DNA of 64,000 bases from Eledone cirrhosa (lineage: Eukaryota), in contig OZ024748.1 of NCBI GenBank assembly GCA_964016885.1, positions 3,100,001-3,164,000 on the forward strand, in the 5' to 3' direction. Numbering within the stretch: position 1 is the first letter of the stretch; each line of letters starts with the position of its first letter. Below are positions 11,910 through 24,724 of this stretch, one piece after another. Both the position numbers and the translations under genes were made by a program. Under the pieces are notes generated by a model, which had not been told where the DNA came from, ran no database searches, and saw only the letters and a list, made by a program, of their open reading frames with translations.

Positions 11910-12015
11910 AACAGATTAATTTAATAAATTAATTGTATAACAGATTAATTTAATAACAAATTAATTGTATAACAGATTAATTTAATAACAAATTAATTGA
12001 ATTACAGATTAATGG
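11910..12015. repeat. ~31-32-bp AT-rich tandem repeat
   Basis: aacagattaatttaataacaaattaattgtat repeated 3 times. Confidence 0.8.
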
Positions 12016-12221
12016 ATTATCAAACTGAAAACATTCCAGAACCATTTCAGTCTTATATTGTGTTTTGTTAATTTTAAAATGACCATCAATTGATATGTGT
12101 GTTCTTTAGTAAATTATTTCATTTTCGTTAATCATGTCTTTTTTTAAAAGTTCACTAATACACATTTACAAAATTTCTTCAACTGTTTTCCTCTCTTTTA
12201 ATATTGTTGTTATTTCCTGTG

Positions 12222-12420
12222 AATTGGCAGTATCGGTAGAGCGTCAGACACCATGCTTTGCAGCATAGAGTTATGGCCCTTTGCATTCAAATCCTGCCGA
12301 GGTTAACTTTGCCTTCCATCCTTATGCAGTCAATAAAATAAAGTACCAGTATTACACTGGGGTTGATATAATCGACTTTCCCCCTTCCTCAAATTCTGGC
12401 CTTGTGCCTGAAGTAGAAAC
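12222..12420 (+). mobile_element. tRNA-derived SINE
   Basis: Full head and core of the same SINE family. Confidence 0.8.
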
Positions 12421-13287
12421 ATGACTATAGTTGGTCTTATTGTGTCACCACTGCATTACTGAGCACAGCTCTGTGAGCCTTGGGTCTGTGCAGTGTTGTC
12501 ATTTCTATTGTATTGAGAGTAGTCTTCATAATATGTGAGCAGTGCCTAGTAGTGCTATTTTCTATATGCTTTATATAATTGTAATTCCTGGGGTTTTGGT
12601 TATATATCAGTCTGTGTCTTGTTATCATTGTCATCTCCTGCAGTAGTATATTCTTGTTATTTATGCAAAATGTCTTGTTTTTGTTAGTTTTTTTTGTCTT
12701 CATAGTTTTTAAACTTCAAATACTGATTGTTTATATAGTATATAAGTTTATCTGTATGTATATATATATATATATATATATATTTGATGCACGAAATTGC
12801 ACTCGTGATGGTGGATGAAGAAGTATAGACGTAGTTGTTGGTTTGCCGCATGTAATTGTTTTTGTGTGCATTTTTCTGCTGATGTATATATATATATCAT
12901 ACATGAATACAAAACATTGTAGCCATATATATATATATATATGGTTACAATGTTTTGTAATGTATGATTAGTTTATATAATATTTTTACAAACATGACAT
13001 TAGATAAAAAAAATAAATAGACAGAACCACATGCAAGAATTCGACTGTATCTGTTGTAAAGCAAATGACTACATTAGCATTAAACTAATGTGACCTGACA
13101 ACTTCTCAGTCAAATTAGCATCTATAAATGTTTGATGGGGCAATAATGATCCTAAACCATAAAGAAAGCTTTAAGCGATACTCTGACCAACTCCAAGGAA
13201 CTTCAAACATCACTGGTGACAAGTCACTATATTATACTAAAAGAAGAGAAATAAATAAAGAAATATATAGAAATATATATTTTTGTA

Positions 13288-13518
13288 ATATTACTGTGTA
13301 GCGCCAAAGATCTTGGTCCAGTGACATTGTCTTGGAGAGGTGTAAGTGTGTGAGGTCGGAATTTATCAAGTCGTCCCAGGTTTTTCTGGGTCTGCCTACT
13401 CCGTGGCTACCGTCTATTTTTATCGCCCTGCACTTTTTTATACAGCTGTCGTCTTTCATGCGCATCACGTGACTGTATCAACGTAGTCTTCTCTCGAGTA
13501 AACATCTGATCCCTCTTA
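13288..13518 (-). mobile_element. RTE LINE 3' ORF fragment
   Basis: MRMKDDSCIKKCRAIKIDGSHGVGRPRKTWDD is nearly identical to 16770-17000. Confidence 0.85.
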
Positions 13519-13537
13519 TATATATATATATATATAT

Positions 13538-14340
13538 ATCATCATCATCGTTTAACGTCCATCATCCACCCTAGCATGGGTTTGACGGGTTGACCCTTAG
13601 GGAGAGAGTCAGGTCAGAAGACCATGTTTAGCTCACATTATCATCATCATCGTTTACATCTATTTTTCACGCTTGCATAGGTTAGATGGGTTTGTCGCAT
13701 TTGAGGCATGTTTGGTCGGGTGACCTCATCTCACTCGTATAGAGCTGTTTCTGGCTGGTTTTCTATGGCTGGATGCCCTTCCTAGTGCCAACCACATTTT
13801 CAGTGTATGCTGGGTGCTTTTTGCCGTGTTATATATATGTGTGTGAATGCATGCAGCTGTGCTTGTCATGCACACGTGTGCCTATTTGCACATGCATGTG
13901 ATATCTGTGCATACCTTATCCACCCCTCTATCAATCCACTCAACCCCTCTATCCATCCACTCAACCCCTCTATCAATCCACTCAACCCCTCTATCCGTAA
14001 CAAAAAGCACCCAGTCCATACTGTAAAGTGATCATGTAGGTGTAGCGACAAAAAAATCACCCAGTCCATATTGTAAAGTGGCCATGTAGGTATCACAATA
14101 AAAAACACCCAGTCCACACTATAAGGTGGTTGTCTAAGTTTCACGACAAAATATTACACAGTACTTACTTAAATGAAGTTGGTGTTAGGCCTTCCTAACA
14201 TCCAGTTGTAGAAACCAAGCCAAAATCAGTTCTGTATGAGCAAGGCATAGTCACCTGACCTAGCATTGCCCACAACAGGACAACTCGTCTAACCCATGCT
14301 AGCATGGAAGAATGGACATAAAACTGAGATGATGATGATG
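13538..14340. mobile_element. RTE-tailed short elements (minus-strand copies 13538-13830, plus-strand copy 14000-14340)
   Basis: Module ggaagggcatccagc..tagaaacc followed by acccatgctagcatggaa and a (gat)n tail. The plus copy has ~49-bp internal repeats aaaaagcacccagtcca... Confidence 0.7.
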
Positions 14341-14948
14341 ATTTAACTTATACTATACTAGTTTGTAACAAATCATTTTTCTTTTTCTTCATTTTCTCCT
14401 ATGGATGTTTTGTTCGTGTTGTTGTTTTCAACTCTAAACAGATCCAAGTTGAAAATAACACAAAAAATAATTACAATAACAAAGAAATTTAAACAAAAAT
14501 TAACAGTCGTTATAATGAATAGAAATAAGAGTTGCTGTTTGATACATTTTTTTTTCTTGTACCTCTAATTCAAAATCCAGCTTTATCACACTGTGCCAAG
14601 CTGAATCTCCCTGAGAATCGCATTAAAGGTACATACACGTGTCAGTCAAATACTCCGCGACTTATATATCATCCATCATCTTTTCAAATAGCTAATAATA
14701 TGTGTGGGCGCCACTACTACACACATGTGAAAGAATTTGACAGCCAAGTCTTGAAGAAGGTGCTTTCTCCTCCGTGTGGTGAGTTACCCGGCGCCAGATA
14801 CCAACCTGGTATTTATACCCTCGCCCTAATTGTTCGTGTTGCAAGCACTAGAGTAGTCGCTAACCAAAGCTACGGACTTATATACAATTGTCAGGAAACT
14901 ACCGTTCCTTTGACCAAACTGTAACACTGAGTTAAATACTCAATCACT

Positions 14949-15295
14949 TACTCTCGGGTCCCATCCCAAATAATAGGGGGGGGGGGGACATTTGCTTAAA
15001 TGCTTATAAGTACGGGGGGGGGGGGTAAACTGGAGAGTTGGGAAATCGGTAGTTGTATAGTGTACGTTCGTAAATATGGGATTTCTTGTAACGTTCTTAT
15101 TTTGTTTTGTCATATATAATGTTTTTTTTATGTAAAATAAAATTATTAGATTCTCCAACTGTTCTATCAATGTTTCACTTACAATAAAATTTCGTCGGAG
15201 ATAGATTAGCAAAATTTAATAACCGGGTGGGGCTGGAAAAAATCTGAAAGATTTATAAGCGGTGGGGGTGGACGATTATTCAAGACGTGAGAGTA
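14949..15295. mobile_element. Putative Tc1/mariner-superfamily MITE
   Basis: TA|ctctc ... gagag|TA imperfect terminal inverted repeats. The right end recurs at ~39465-39530. Confidence 0.5.
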
Positions 15296-16374
15296 TACGA
15301 AGACACCGGACGTGTTGACAGCAACAAGCACGAAAAAGAAGCGGTAAGTCAAGTCCCAGTATTTTTAGATATATTCCGCTCATCTCTCTCTGTTATGAAC
15401 GACAAGCAGTGCCTGGGTTTCTGGTCGAAGTGACAGTTTTTTCGAAGCTGGAAAACTTTTCGCAGCTTATGGCGGCGTCTCTGATTAAAGAGTTACCTCC
15501 CTTGCATTGTGAAAAAAACGTATCTTGTTTGAGTGAGTACTGACTGCTTTAGTCGAAGTGGGCAGTCTTCAGTTTGTGGTGGAAAACAGGCTGTACCAAA
15601 TATCCCCTGCATGACCAGTGGTGTATTGCTGGGGGTTCCTTGGGTGCAACTGCACACCCCTCCTCGCCCCGTAAAAAATGTCGGCAAATTTAGTGATTTT
15701 TGTCAGAAAATTATGGACGTCTGTTCCACCTTTATGCGCTTTACGTTATTCAATGCTGCATGAAATTATTATTTTGATAATTTTCAACACAAATATAGTA
15801 GAAATGAAATCGTAAAAGTATTGATACAGAAAAAAAGGTATCATTAACAAGAAAAATTTTTTTTCTTTCGATCGATATGAGAAAAACTTTAAGTTTATTC
15901 CTTAGGTGTTGCTAACAAAGAGAGGAAACTTAGATGAACAGTAAAAAAAGAATCGAATGAATTCCCCTACAGAAAAAAAAAATGTTATCTTGGTTATAAA
16001 AAAAACAACCTGAAATTATAAATACGAATAGGCTCTGTAATCGGTAAAGTCTAAAGGGACGCAACACACATCGTTATAGCGTTTCACCAGCCCTTTCTGT
16101 TGTCTGTAGATGTGTGTATATGTAACTTATGTACATTATGAATGGACGACTAAATGATTTTAACAATTGATAGTGGAAAAGATTTCAAATTGTCTTAACC
16201 CATTAGCATTTAAACCTGAAAATAATTGTGAAAAAACTAGCCACAACTAACATAGGTAATATCTTCGTGTACATATGTATGAGTATGAATATTAACACAC
16301 ATGTACACTCACACGCGTATAAATATAAACACATATACACTCACACATTTACAACTATATCCACACAAACACAT

Positions 16375-17893
16375 ATCATCATCGTTTAACGCCTATCTTC
16401 CACGCCAGCATGGGTTTGGACGAGAATTTTCCCACTTGAGACAAGATTGGATGTCTTGCTCGTATAGGACTGTCTGGCGGGTTATCTACGGCTGGATGCC
16501 CTTCCTAACACCAACCACGTTTACAGTGTGGACTGGGAGCTTTTTACCGTGTTACCTACACGGCCACATTACAGCGTAGATTGTGTTTTTTTTTTGTCGT
16601 GACACCTACACGACCTCATTTGTTTCGGACTGGATGTTGTGGTACCAACATAACTTTACATTGAAAGGGGTGGTGTGGATGGGGTGGGGGTAGTGGGACG
16701 GGGTGTATTTTTGTTAGAGGTGCCTACTGACTAGGTTTCGTTTTGTACTTAGGCAAGGCGGGTCTTCTGTATTACTGTGTAGCGCCAAAGATCTCGGTCC
16801 AGTGACATTGTCTTGGAGAGATGTGTGTAAGGTAGGTATTTATCAAGTCGTCCCAGGTTTTTCTGGGTCTGCCTACTCCGTGGCTACCGTCTATTTTTAT
16901 CGCCCTGCACTTTTTTTATACAGCTGTCGTCTTTCATGCGCATCACGTGACCATACCAACATAGCCTTCTCTCGAGTAAACAGCATCTGATCCCTCTTAT
17001 TCCTAATTTCTCACTTAGTTCATTTATGCTTTGCCGTTCACGTATAATACCATTACACATCCAACGGAGCATGCAAGCTTCGTTCCTCTCCAGTCTGCGT
17101 AGATCCTCTGCACACAATGCCCAGGTCTCACTGCCATGTAACATTGCTGTTCGTATGCAGGCATCATACAGCCTGCCTTTCATTTTTAGAGAGAAACCTT
17201 TAGCGGCCAATAGTGGTATAAGCTCTCTGAACTTTTTCCATCCTGTTCGGACTCTAGCTACAGTACTTTCAGAGCACCCTCCACCACTGCTGATTTTGTC
17301 ACCCAGGTGACGGAAAGTGTCCACTATTTCTATAGAACCATCTGGGCAATGGAAGGAGCTAGTATCCTGTGGGCACTTGCTACTACTTATTGCACCTGAG
17401 CACCGGCTACATATAAAATCTATGTTCTTAGTTAGCTTACCAGTGATCCCACTACATTTTTTATGTACTCCTACTTTGCATTTGGGACATAAAATGGAGT
17501 TTCCGTCTACTCCTTTCCTACACACTGAGCATGGCCATTTCCCAGAGGGGACCTGTACCCTATTTTCCTTCCTACATACTAGAACTTTAGTCTGAGACAA
17601 GTTAATTTTAAGGCCTTTTGATTCTAGGTCATGCTTCCATGTTTGGAATTTCTGCTCTAGTTCAGCCATTGATTCAGCTATGAGCGTTAGATCATCTGCG
17701 TATAGAAGTTCCCATGGGCAACCGGTCTTGAACTCCTCTGTTATAGACTGAAGGGCAATAATAAAAGGAGGGGGCTAAGGACAGAGCCCTGATAAACACC
17801 AACTTTTACGCTAAACTCTTCACTAAATTCGTTGTTAAGTCTAACCTTGCTGACTGTTTCTTTATACATGGCTTGTATAGCTCTCACAAGCCA
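16375..17893 (-). mobile_element. RTE LINE, 5'-truncated, second subfamily with an extended 3' end
   Basis: GVYQGSVLSPLL, ELLYADDL, C4HC3 finger, LCWYGHVMR and GRPRKTW. The ORF end continues into the aggaagggcatccagc module and a (gat)n tail at ~16375. Confidence 0.9.
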
Positions 17894-18724
17894 TATATAC
17901 TCACATAAGTGATATAAATATAAACACACATATACACACACAAGTATAGATATATTCACACAAGTATAAATATAAACACAGACATATACACACACAAGTA
18001 TAAATAAACACACATACTCACACACACAATAATAATAGCCAATTTGCTATACATATACACACACGCACAAGTGTAGTGACTCTTAAAATGTTAGTCATTG
18101 TTTTCTATAGTTTTATCTCCTCCCGCCTTTCCTTCCTCAGTCAAGTGAGTGATGGAGCAAATATATAAATATACACAGTGGATTAACAGTATCAGTAGAG
18201 CGTCGGACACCAAATTGGTGACATAGAGTTACGTCTCAGATGAGTTTGGAGATTCAATTCTTGCTTACACGTTTCCATACTCTACAGAGTACACCAGGTG
18301 TAATTAATCGGGACTCGGGTACTAGGGAGGTTTTCATGTCTATTACACAATTCAACAGCCCTCCTGATCCTTTCTTTGGCAGGTTTTGTACATCTGGATG
18401 CCCTCCCTATCACCAACAATGTTACAGAGTGTACTGGGTGCGTTTATCAAGTAGATCGCCAGCATTCATTGAACAAGACATTTTATTCCATTTTATTTCC
18501 ATCCATTTAGCTGAAAAAAGTGAGTACCTATTACAGCTGTGGTTTAAAACTGACAAACTGGTACTCTTGTACTTTCAGCCATTTAACACTAATGAAACCA
18601 GAATATGTCTTTCTGGCTTTATAAATATTTCCTTGTTACTCTTCATACAGCAAGCTACCATATAGTTTTCTCTGTAATAACTTTGATGAGGCCATGTCTA
18701 ACTTAATAGCTCCACCTAAAGGCC

Positions 18725-19050
18725 AGGCTAGCTCTTACCAAATTTAGTTTAAATATAGTTTTCTATTTACTGCCCAACACAGACTAGGTTCTTAGCAAAT
18801 TTAGTTTAAATTTAATTTTCTCTTTACTGCCCAACACAAACCAGAAGGCCAGGTTCTTACCAAATTTAGTTTAAATGAAGTTTTCACTTTACTGCCCAAC
18901 ACAAACCAGGTTCTTACCAAGTTCAATTTAAATACAATTTTCACTTTACTGCCCAACACAAACCAGAAGGCCAGATTCTTACTAAGTTCAGTTTAAATTT
19001 AGTTTTCTCTTTACTGCCCAACTCAAAGTCAGGCTGTTACCAAGTTCATA
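18725..19050. repeat. ~55-64-bp tandem repeat, 5-6 copies
   Basis: ccaggttcttaccaaatttagtttaaat...tttactgcccaacacaaa recurs. Confidence 0.85.
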
Positions 19051-19848
19051 AGAAGAATGACCTTTAATTAATCAAATCTGTTGCAGATTTTGTTTGTTTG
19101 ATTTATAATAAATTTTTTTTTTTTTGTTGCTTTCCATTCTTTGTTGCAAGATTGTATGATAAATTGATTTAAAGCAGCCCTAGTACCACTACCAATAAAA
19201 GGTGGCAGGGAGACAGCTTAGCAATAATGCTAGATTGCCAGACTACCAGACTAAATTACTTTCTTTCTTCATTTTAAATCCTGCCATGGTGAACTTTGGT
19301 CTTTCATATCGCTCTCTTTCTTCTTGCTCTCCCTCTTATTCCCCCTCTCTCTCATCTCTCCCTCTATCTCTTTCTCCCCCCCCCCCCCCTGTAATCAATA
19401 AAATAATCAACAAAATAGTTACCACAAAACCAAACAAACAAACTCCTCAAAATGGAGAGATTTCCTAGGGTCACCCATGGAGAAAGCCCACAAATGGCTA
19501 CAATCACCCTGAGAACTAAGGCAAGTGCCTTTTTCAGGTGCACACTCAGAGCACTCTAATTCACTTTTCAACAATCTAGTTGGAAAGCAGAACTTCTCTC
19601 TCCCCCCTAAATTTCCTCTTCAAGTGAAATATGAAAAAGTTAACCAGGGCTTTGCTGAGGAAAGTGTTTGTCTTCAGCTCTTTTCAAATGTGTTCACCAC
19701 ACAATTTCTTTCTCCATTGCCACCAGAAGATAAACACAGCCTGTCTTTCTTGTGTAAAGGTATTTTTACACCCCTAGAGCCTACACCACACACTTCTGAA
19801 CACACAGCAAACAAGAATACACATTTCATAAACATTTACCACCATTAA

Positions 19849-20070
19849 CCCTTTACCATTTACATTACTCTATATTTACTATGGTATTTTCACAGTAAAG
19901 GCTTTATCTTACATAATTACCTCACAAAGTAACAAGTCTATGAGATTTTGATATTATTTATTTTGAGAACAATACCTTAACATCAGTATGAGGGGGCCAG
20001 TTACAGCTAGTTTGAACAGAAAGAGGTGAAAGAATTCTGGCCAGATATGGCCAGTTTAAATGCTAAAGGG
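19849..20070. mobile_element. piggyBac-type MITE
   Basis: ttaa|ccctttaccattt ... aaatgctaaaggg. Reverse orientation relative to 2904-3124. Confidence 0.75.
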
Positions 20071-20502
20071 CTAGAAAACAAATAAAAAAAGTTTCTGATA
20101 TGACAAATGTAACTTTATAATAGTATCTGTTCAAACTTTTAACTGCACCTGATGAAATAGTTGTCAGTTTTCTATTACTCCTCCACACACTCTGTACCAC
20201 CTTGTACCACCTTGTACAATCTGCCATGGTGACCATACCCAGACTTTGAAACCTAAGGTAGTACAATATATGTATGAATGTATATTTATAAATACTATAT
20301 AGAATTGATTCATGTCCACTCAATATGGTTCAGGTCAGTATTTGACCTGTTTGTATATATCGATGTTGTGGGGTTATTGTAACATGACTTTGGTCGCCTT
20401 ATTCTTAGTGTCACACGTCATTAACTTTTTGTGTTTATTCTGGGTGAAAACGTATCAATTCCTCATTTCACTGAATGCTTTTTAACTGCTTCTTATAATT
20501 CG

Positions 20503-20875
20503 ATAAAAGCACCCAGTCCACACTGTAAAGTGGTCGTGTAGGTGTCACGACAAAAAGCACCCAGTCCACACTGTAAAGTGGTCGTGTAGGTGTCGCGACA
20601 AAAAGCACCTAGTACTCACTGGAAAGTGGTTGTGTAGGTGTCACGACAAAAAGCATCGAGTACTCACTGTAAAGTGGTCATGTAGGAGTCACAACAAAAA
20701 GCACCCTTTACTCACTGTAAACGAAGTTGGAATTAGGAAGGGCATCCAGTTGTAGAAACAAGCCAGAATCAGTTCTGTATGAGCAAGACATGGTCACCTG
20801 ACCTGGCATTGCCCACAACATGACAACTCGTCTAACCCATGCTAGCGTGGAAGAATGGACATAAAACTGGACATT
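20503..20875 (+). mobile_element. RTE-tailed short element with four ~49-bp internal repeats
   Basis: (aaaaagcacccagtccacactgtaaagtggtcgtgtaggtgtcacgac)n, then aggaagggcatccag and the acccatgctagcgtggaagaatggac tail. Confidence 0.75.
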
Positions 20876-21294
20876 ATACTGATATATATATATAGTGGGT
20901 GTGTGTGTATGAATGTATGTATGGGTCTGTAATTCCTGATAGAATTGTAAGAGCTCATCTCTCTCTGTATGAACAATGCAGGTGTTCTTTCCAGAGGAGA
21001 GAGAGGAAGATCAACGAGAGAAAGAGATATAGAGGGAAAATAAACCCCTTATTTGTTTTTAAAAAAAATTAAATCTTTATCTGTTTATTTAAAATCCATT
21101 ATCTGAATTATTAGAAAATTCATTTGTTCAACATGTTACATGCTTGCAGGTGGTATTAGTTAGCTATAACAATTTATTCTATAGTATCTCTCTCTCTCTC
21201 TGGACACAGCAGGTTAGTAGATAAATGGAGTATCCCCCACCACTCTCTCTGTATGTGTGTGTATGTGTTTGTACGTATGTATGTATATATATTT

Positions 21295-21980
21295 ATAATG
21301 AAATTATTATGTACAGTGCTGAGGTGCACTACAACTCATCAAAGGTGCATGTATAGTACATAGGGTAATGTACAAATGTCAGGAAAGTGAACAGTGTATG
21401 AGTTATGACATACATGTGTGTGTATGAAGGGGGGAATATTGGGTGTAATGTTTGCGAATTTCAGGAAGCATGGAGGTTTTGAAGGATGCAGTGTCCCGGC
21501 AGCTAATAACTGATGCAGGGAATTTGTTCCATGCTTCAGCAACTCTGAGCATGAAAAAATGTTTCTGAAAGTCATGGGAGCTGTGGCTGTTTTCTGACTT
21601 TGCTGGCATGTCCACGTGTGTTAGACACATGGAATTCAAAAAGGTGCTCTGGGTTGTTGTTGGCAAGATGGTTAATAATTTTGTGGGTGTTTACCAAGTC
21701 AGTTGCCAGACGTCGGAGCTTCAATGTATCTATGCCTAGGGAAGCAAGGCATTCAGGGTGTGGTAGATGCCTGATGGAGGGTATTCGCTTGGCTGCATGT
21801 CCCTGAACAGTTTCCAGGAAGTCAATGTTCTGAGCAAGATAGGAGTTCCAGACTGGTGATGCAAATTCTAAATGTGACCTGCGCCATAGCTATATACAGT
21901 TTTAAATAGATAGCTGGAGAGCGGCTGACAAAGGTCTTGCTGGATGATGCTACGACACCCCCGGCGTTCTTGACTATTTT
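21295..21980 (-). mobile_element. CR1-type LINE 3' fragment (more diverged copy)
   Basis: SNTRGHA...HDFQKHFFMLRVAEAWNKFPASV plus the family 3' tail. Homologous to 28733-29380. Confidence 0.9.
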
Positions 21981-22412
21981 ATTTATTATGGCTAAGTCGT
22001 GAGTCTTGTTATTCTAAAGTTTCACCTGGGCACACTCAGGATCTACTCTACTTCAATATTGAGTACTTTTTCTCTCATCCATCAACTACATACAGATATA
22101 CCGCCCGGTTTGTCTCACTTTCTCGATCTCACACTCACTCTCTCACACTCCCCTCTTTCTCTCTGCCTCCTTTCTCTCTCTCTCTCTTTCCTTCTCTCCA
22201 GTACACCTCTTCCCCACCTTTTAATTGTGATATCCTAGGTAAGGTTCATCAGCTGTTAGCTGTTTTTTATTTTATTTCTGTAAACACTGGCTTATAAAAT
22301 ATTTTCACTATTAAATTCTTTGATCTTTTGAATTGTTGGTGTGAAATCTTGTTAAAACAGATCTTGTCATATGAAAGACAATGTTGTCTCTGATGAAGCA
22401 AGGATGTATTGG

Positions 22413-22684
22413 AATACATATAAAAATGAGAAAACTCATTGCTAGGACAGCCGTTAAACAGTTAAATGCTGTCAAAAGACAGCAATGGCTCAGAGGACAG
22501 TGGCCAGTGATGAACAGAGAGACAATGTGGATTGTTTATCTGTTGACCACTGGCCACTGGTCTGTCATCTAAGGCATTCTCTCTGTTGACCACTGGCTGC
22601 TGGTCTCTGTCATCTGAGGCATTTTTGCCCATTGCTGTCTTTGACAGGTTATTCTAGCAATGTTTTCTCATTTTTATATGTATT
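22413..22684. repeat. Foldback (inverted-repeat) element, MITE-like
   Basis: aatacatataaaaatgagaaaac..cattgctag...ctgtcaaaagacagcaatgg pairs with ccattgctgtctttgacag...ctagcaatgttttctcatttttatatgtatt. Confidence 0.7.
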
Positions 22685-23049
22685 TAGATATTGTTATATT
22701 TTGGAAGGGTCATATTGCCAATAAAAACACCTGCGCCATGAGTTTCACTTCAGTTTTATTATTAGCTGTGTAGTGTGGTGGATTGGCAGTATCAGTATCA
22801 CATGCTCATACAGATACATACACGCGTACACATGCATGCAATCACATGCTCTCACATGCACACAATCACACACACACGCATGCTCACACACACACACAAT
22901 CACATGCTCACTCACACAATCACATGATCACTCACACAATCACATACACACAAATACATACACACGCATGTTCTCACACACACGCACACAACCACTTGCT
23001 CACATATACTCACACACACAGATGCAAGATATAGAATTTGTTTTAGTAT

Positions 23050-24199
23050 TTACTTCAAATTCAGTCTTTCTCTGTACAATTTCTGCAATCCATAAACCAA
23101 TTCTAATTCACCTTTGAGCATGATGTCACAGTCATTTCTCAGTAAAGTTATTTCATTATGCCAAACACTTGCCTGTATTTTTAAAACTGAGGATTTTTTA
23201 CTCATACAAAATGTCTTTGTTAAAGAAAGTAAGGATTGATAATGATGGACTTCAGAGAAAATATCTTTCTTTTCTGTCCTTATTTTGTTCCAAAAAACTT
23301 CCAAATAATGTTTGTAGAGCAGATAGTCGGCTTCAGCTGTTTTTTTGTGGCGGTATATGTCTTCAATTGTTAAAGAATCGAGAGAATGAGAAGAACGAGC
23401 TACGTTTCTTTTAATATATAAAATATCTTTCGTTTCCCAACATAATTTTCGCTTTAGAAGAACCATCGACATATCAAAATATTCTGTTATCAAAACTAAA
23501 TGAAAGTCTTCATCTAAAACAGAAATATACTCAGCAATTACATTTTTATCATGGAAGTTGGAATGATTCAGACCCAGATCATATGACATGCGGTTGTTTG
23601 TGTAAGAAAATCCTGGATTTTTCAACAAAGATTCATACTTAGTTGGATTCTTTAAGTATTCACTTAAAGAATGCTCTCCAGGCACTGCTAGAAGATATTG
23701 ATTTCTCCATGTGTTCCTATAATAAAAGAATGCTGATACAAACTGTCTTAAGGGCTCTCGCAAAATTGTAAAATAATACATGTTCTTCGGAAGTAGTTTC
23801 TGGAAGGCACTTCGATTATAAATGACATGATTGCAAAGAATGTTGTAAGATTTATTTTGTGGAAGTCGTAGGATGTGATTTTCCGAAAGGGTTTCGGTTT
23901 TGCCCAAGTAGTGTCCAGATTTAGGGAGAATGAAATTTAAGTTGTTTGTCATACCATACCTTTGTAGTACATTCATAATTGTTGTACTCCCAGTTTTGTG
24001 TACTTTTAGAAATACTATATTTTTCTGGGGTATACAAGTTGATGTTCCAGCTTTATGATGGTTATTATTAGTGCAATTAAATTGGTGATGCAGAAGAATA
24101 TATAGATTAATAGTACAGATGAAGAGCAAGATTAAGACAATGGACCTTGGTAAAAACTGGAAAATATATTGGGGGATTGGCATTTTTTTCCATTGGTGT
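23050..24199 (-). CDS. GAL3ST: Galactose-3-O-sulfotransferase family protein (GAL3ST/cerebroside sulfotransferase-like), main coding exon
   Basis: Type II membrane anchor (IVLILLFICTINLYILL). PAPS-binding motifs IVFLKVHKTGSTT and FTILREP..FVSAFFYY, plus FHLVLITEYFDMSMVLLKRKLCW. Acceptor ttttcttctatctacag| at 24200. The specific paralog cannot be assigned. Confidence 0.92.
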
Positions 24200-24724
24200 C
24201 TGTAGATAGAAGAAAACATAGAACATTGATAGATAAAATATATTAACAAATATGCATTGATATTTACATATTACATCGTCATCTCAGACAATGTTGGCAG
24301 GATTTCTACAGCTGGATACCCTTTCTAACACCAACCCTTTCTAACCAACTATTTTACAGAGTGTATGTACATTAATATTTACTTATGAATGTGTATACTC
24401 AGGAAGAAGAATGACAGTGAGGTTAAGGCATTAGAATTTTTACCATGAAGTCATGAATTCAGTCAAATCTTAACACAACACCCCATTGAAGAAGGCTTGT
24501 TAAACCTACATATGTGTGACCCACAACATCATCATCAATGCAAAATAAACCCTTAACAATCTTTGAATTCAGAACTTAAGGGAAGAAAACTATCACATAT
24601 TATTCTGTCTTTAACATATTTTGATACAAAACCACCAGAAACTACCTCAAGTTCTCTGAGGCAAAGCTGTTCATTTTATCTAAAAAAAACCTTCTATAAT
24701 AATTTTATGTAAAACCTTTGTTAA

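Noticed and set aside
8950-11924. Three ~1000-aa ORFs (CVSLSPCMY...)
   Set aside because: All three frames are open only because the minisatellite has no stop codons on this strand.
14640-14925. GC-richer segment with a TATAAATA box on the minus strand
   Set aside because: No associated exon, ORF or LTR pair is recognisable.
19500-20260. Possible minus-strand exons and a 107-aa plus-strand ORF
   Set aside because: Splice-like sites are present, but there is no recognisable protein motif or consistent reading frame.
24200-24249. N-terminal extension MLIYFIYQCSMFSSIY in the ORF track
   Set aside because: It starts at a non-ATG codon and covers the polypyrimidine tract and acceptor, so it is intronic.
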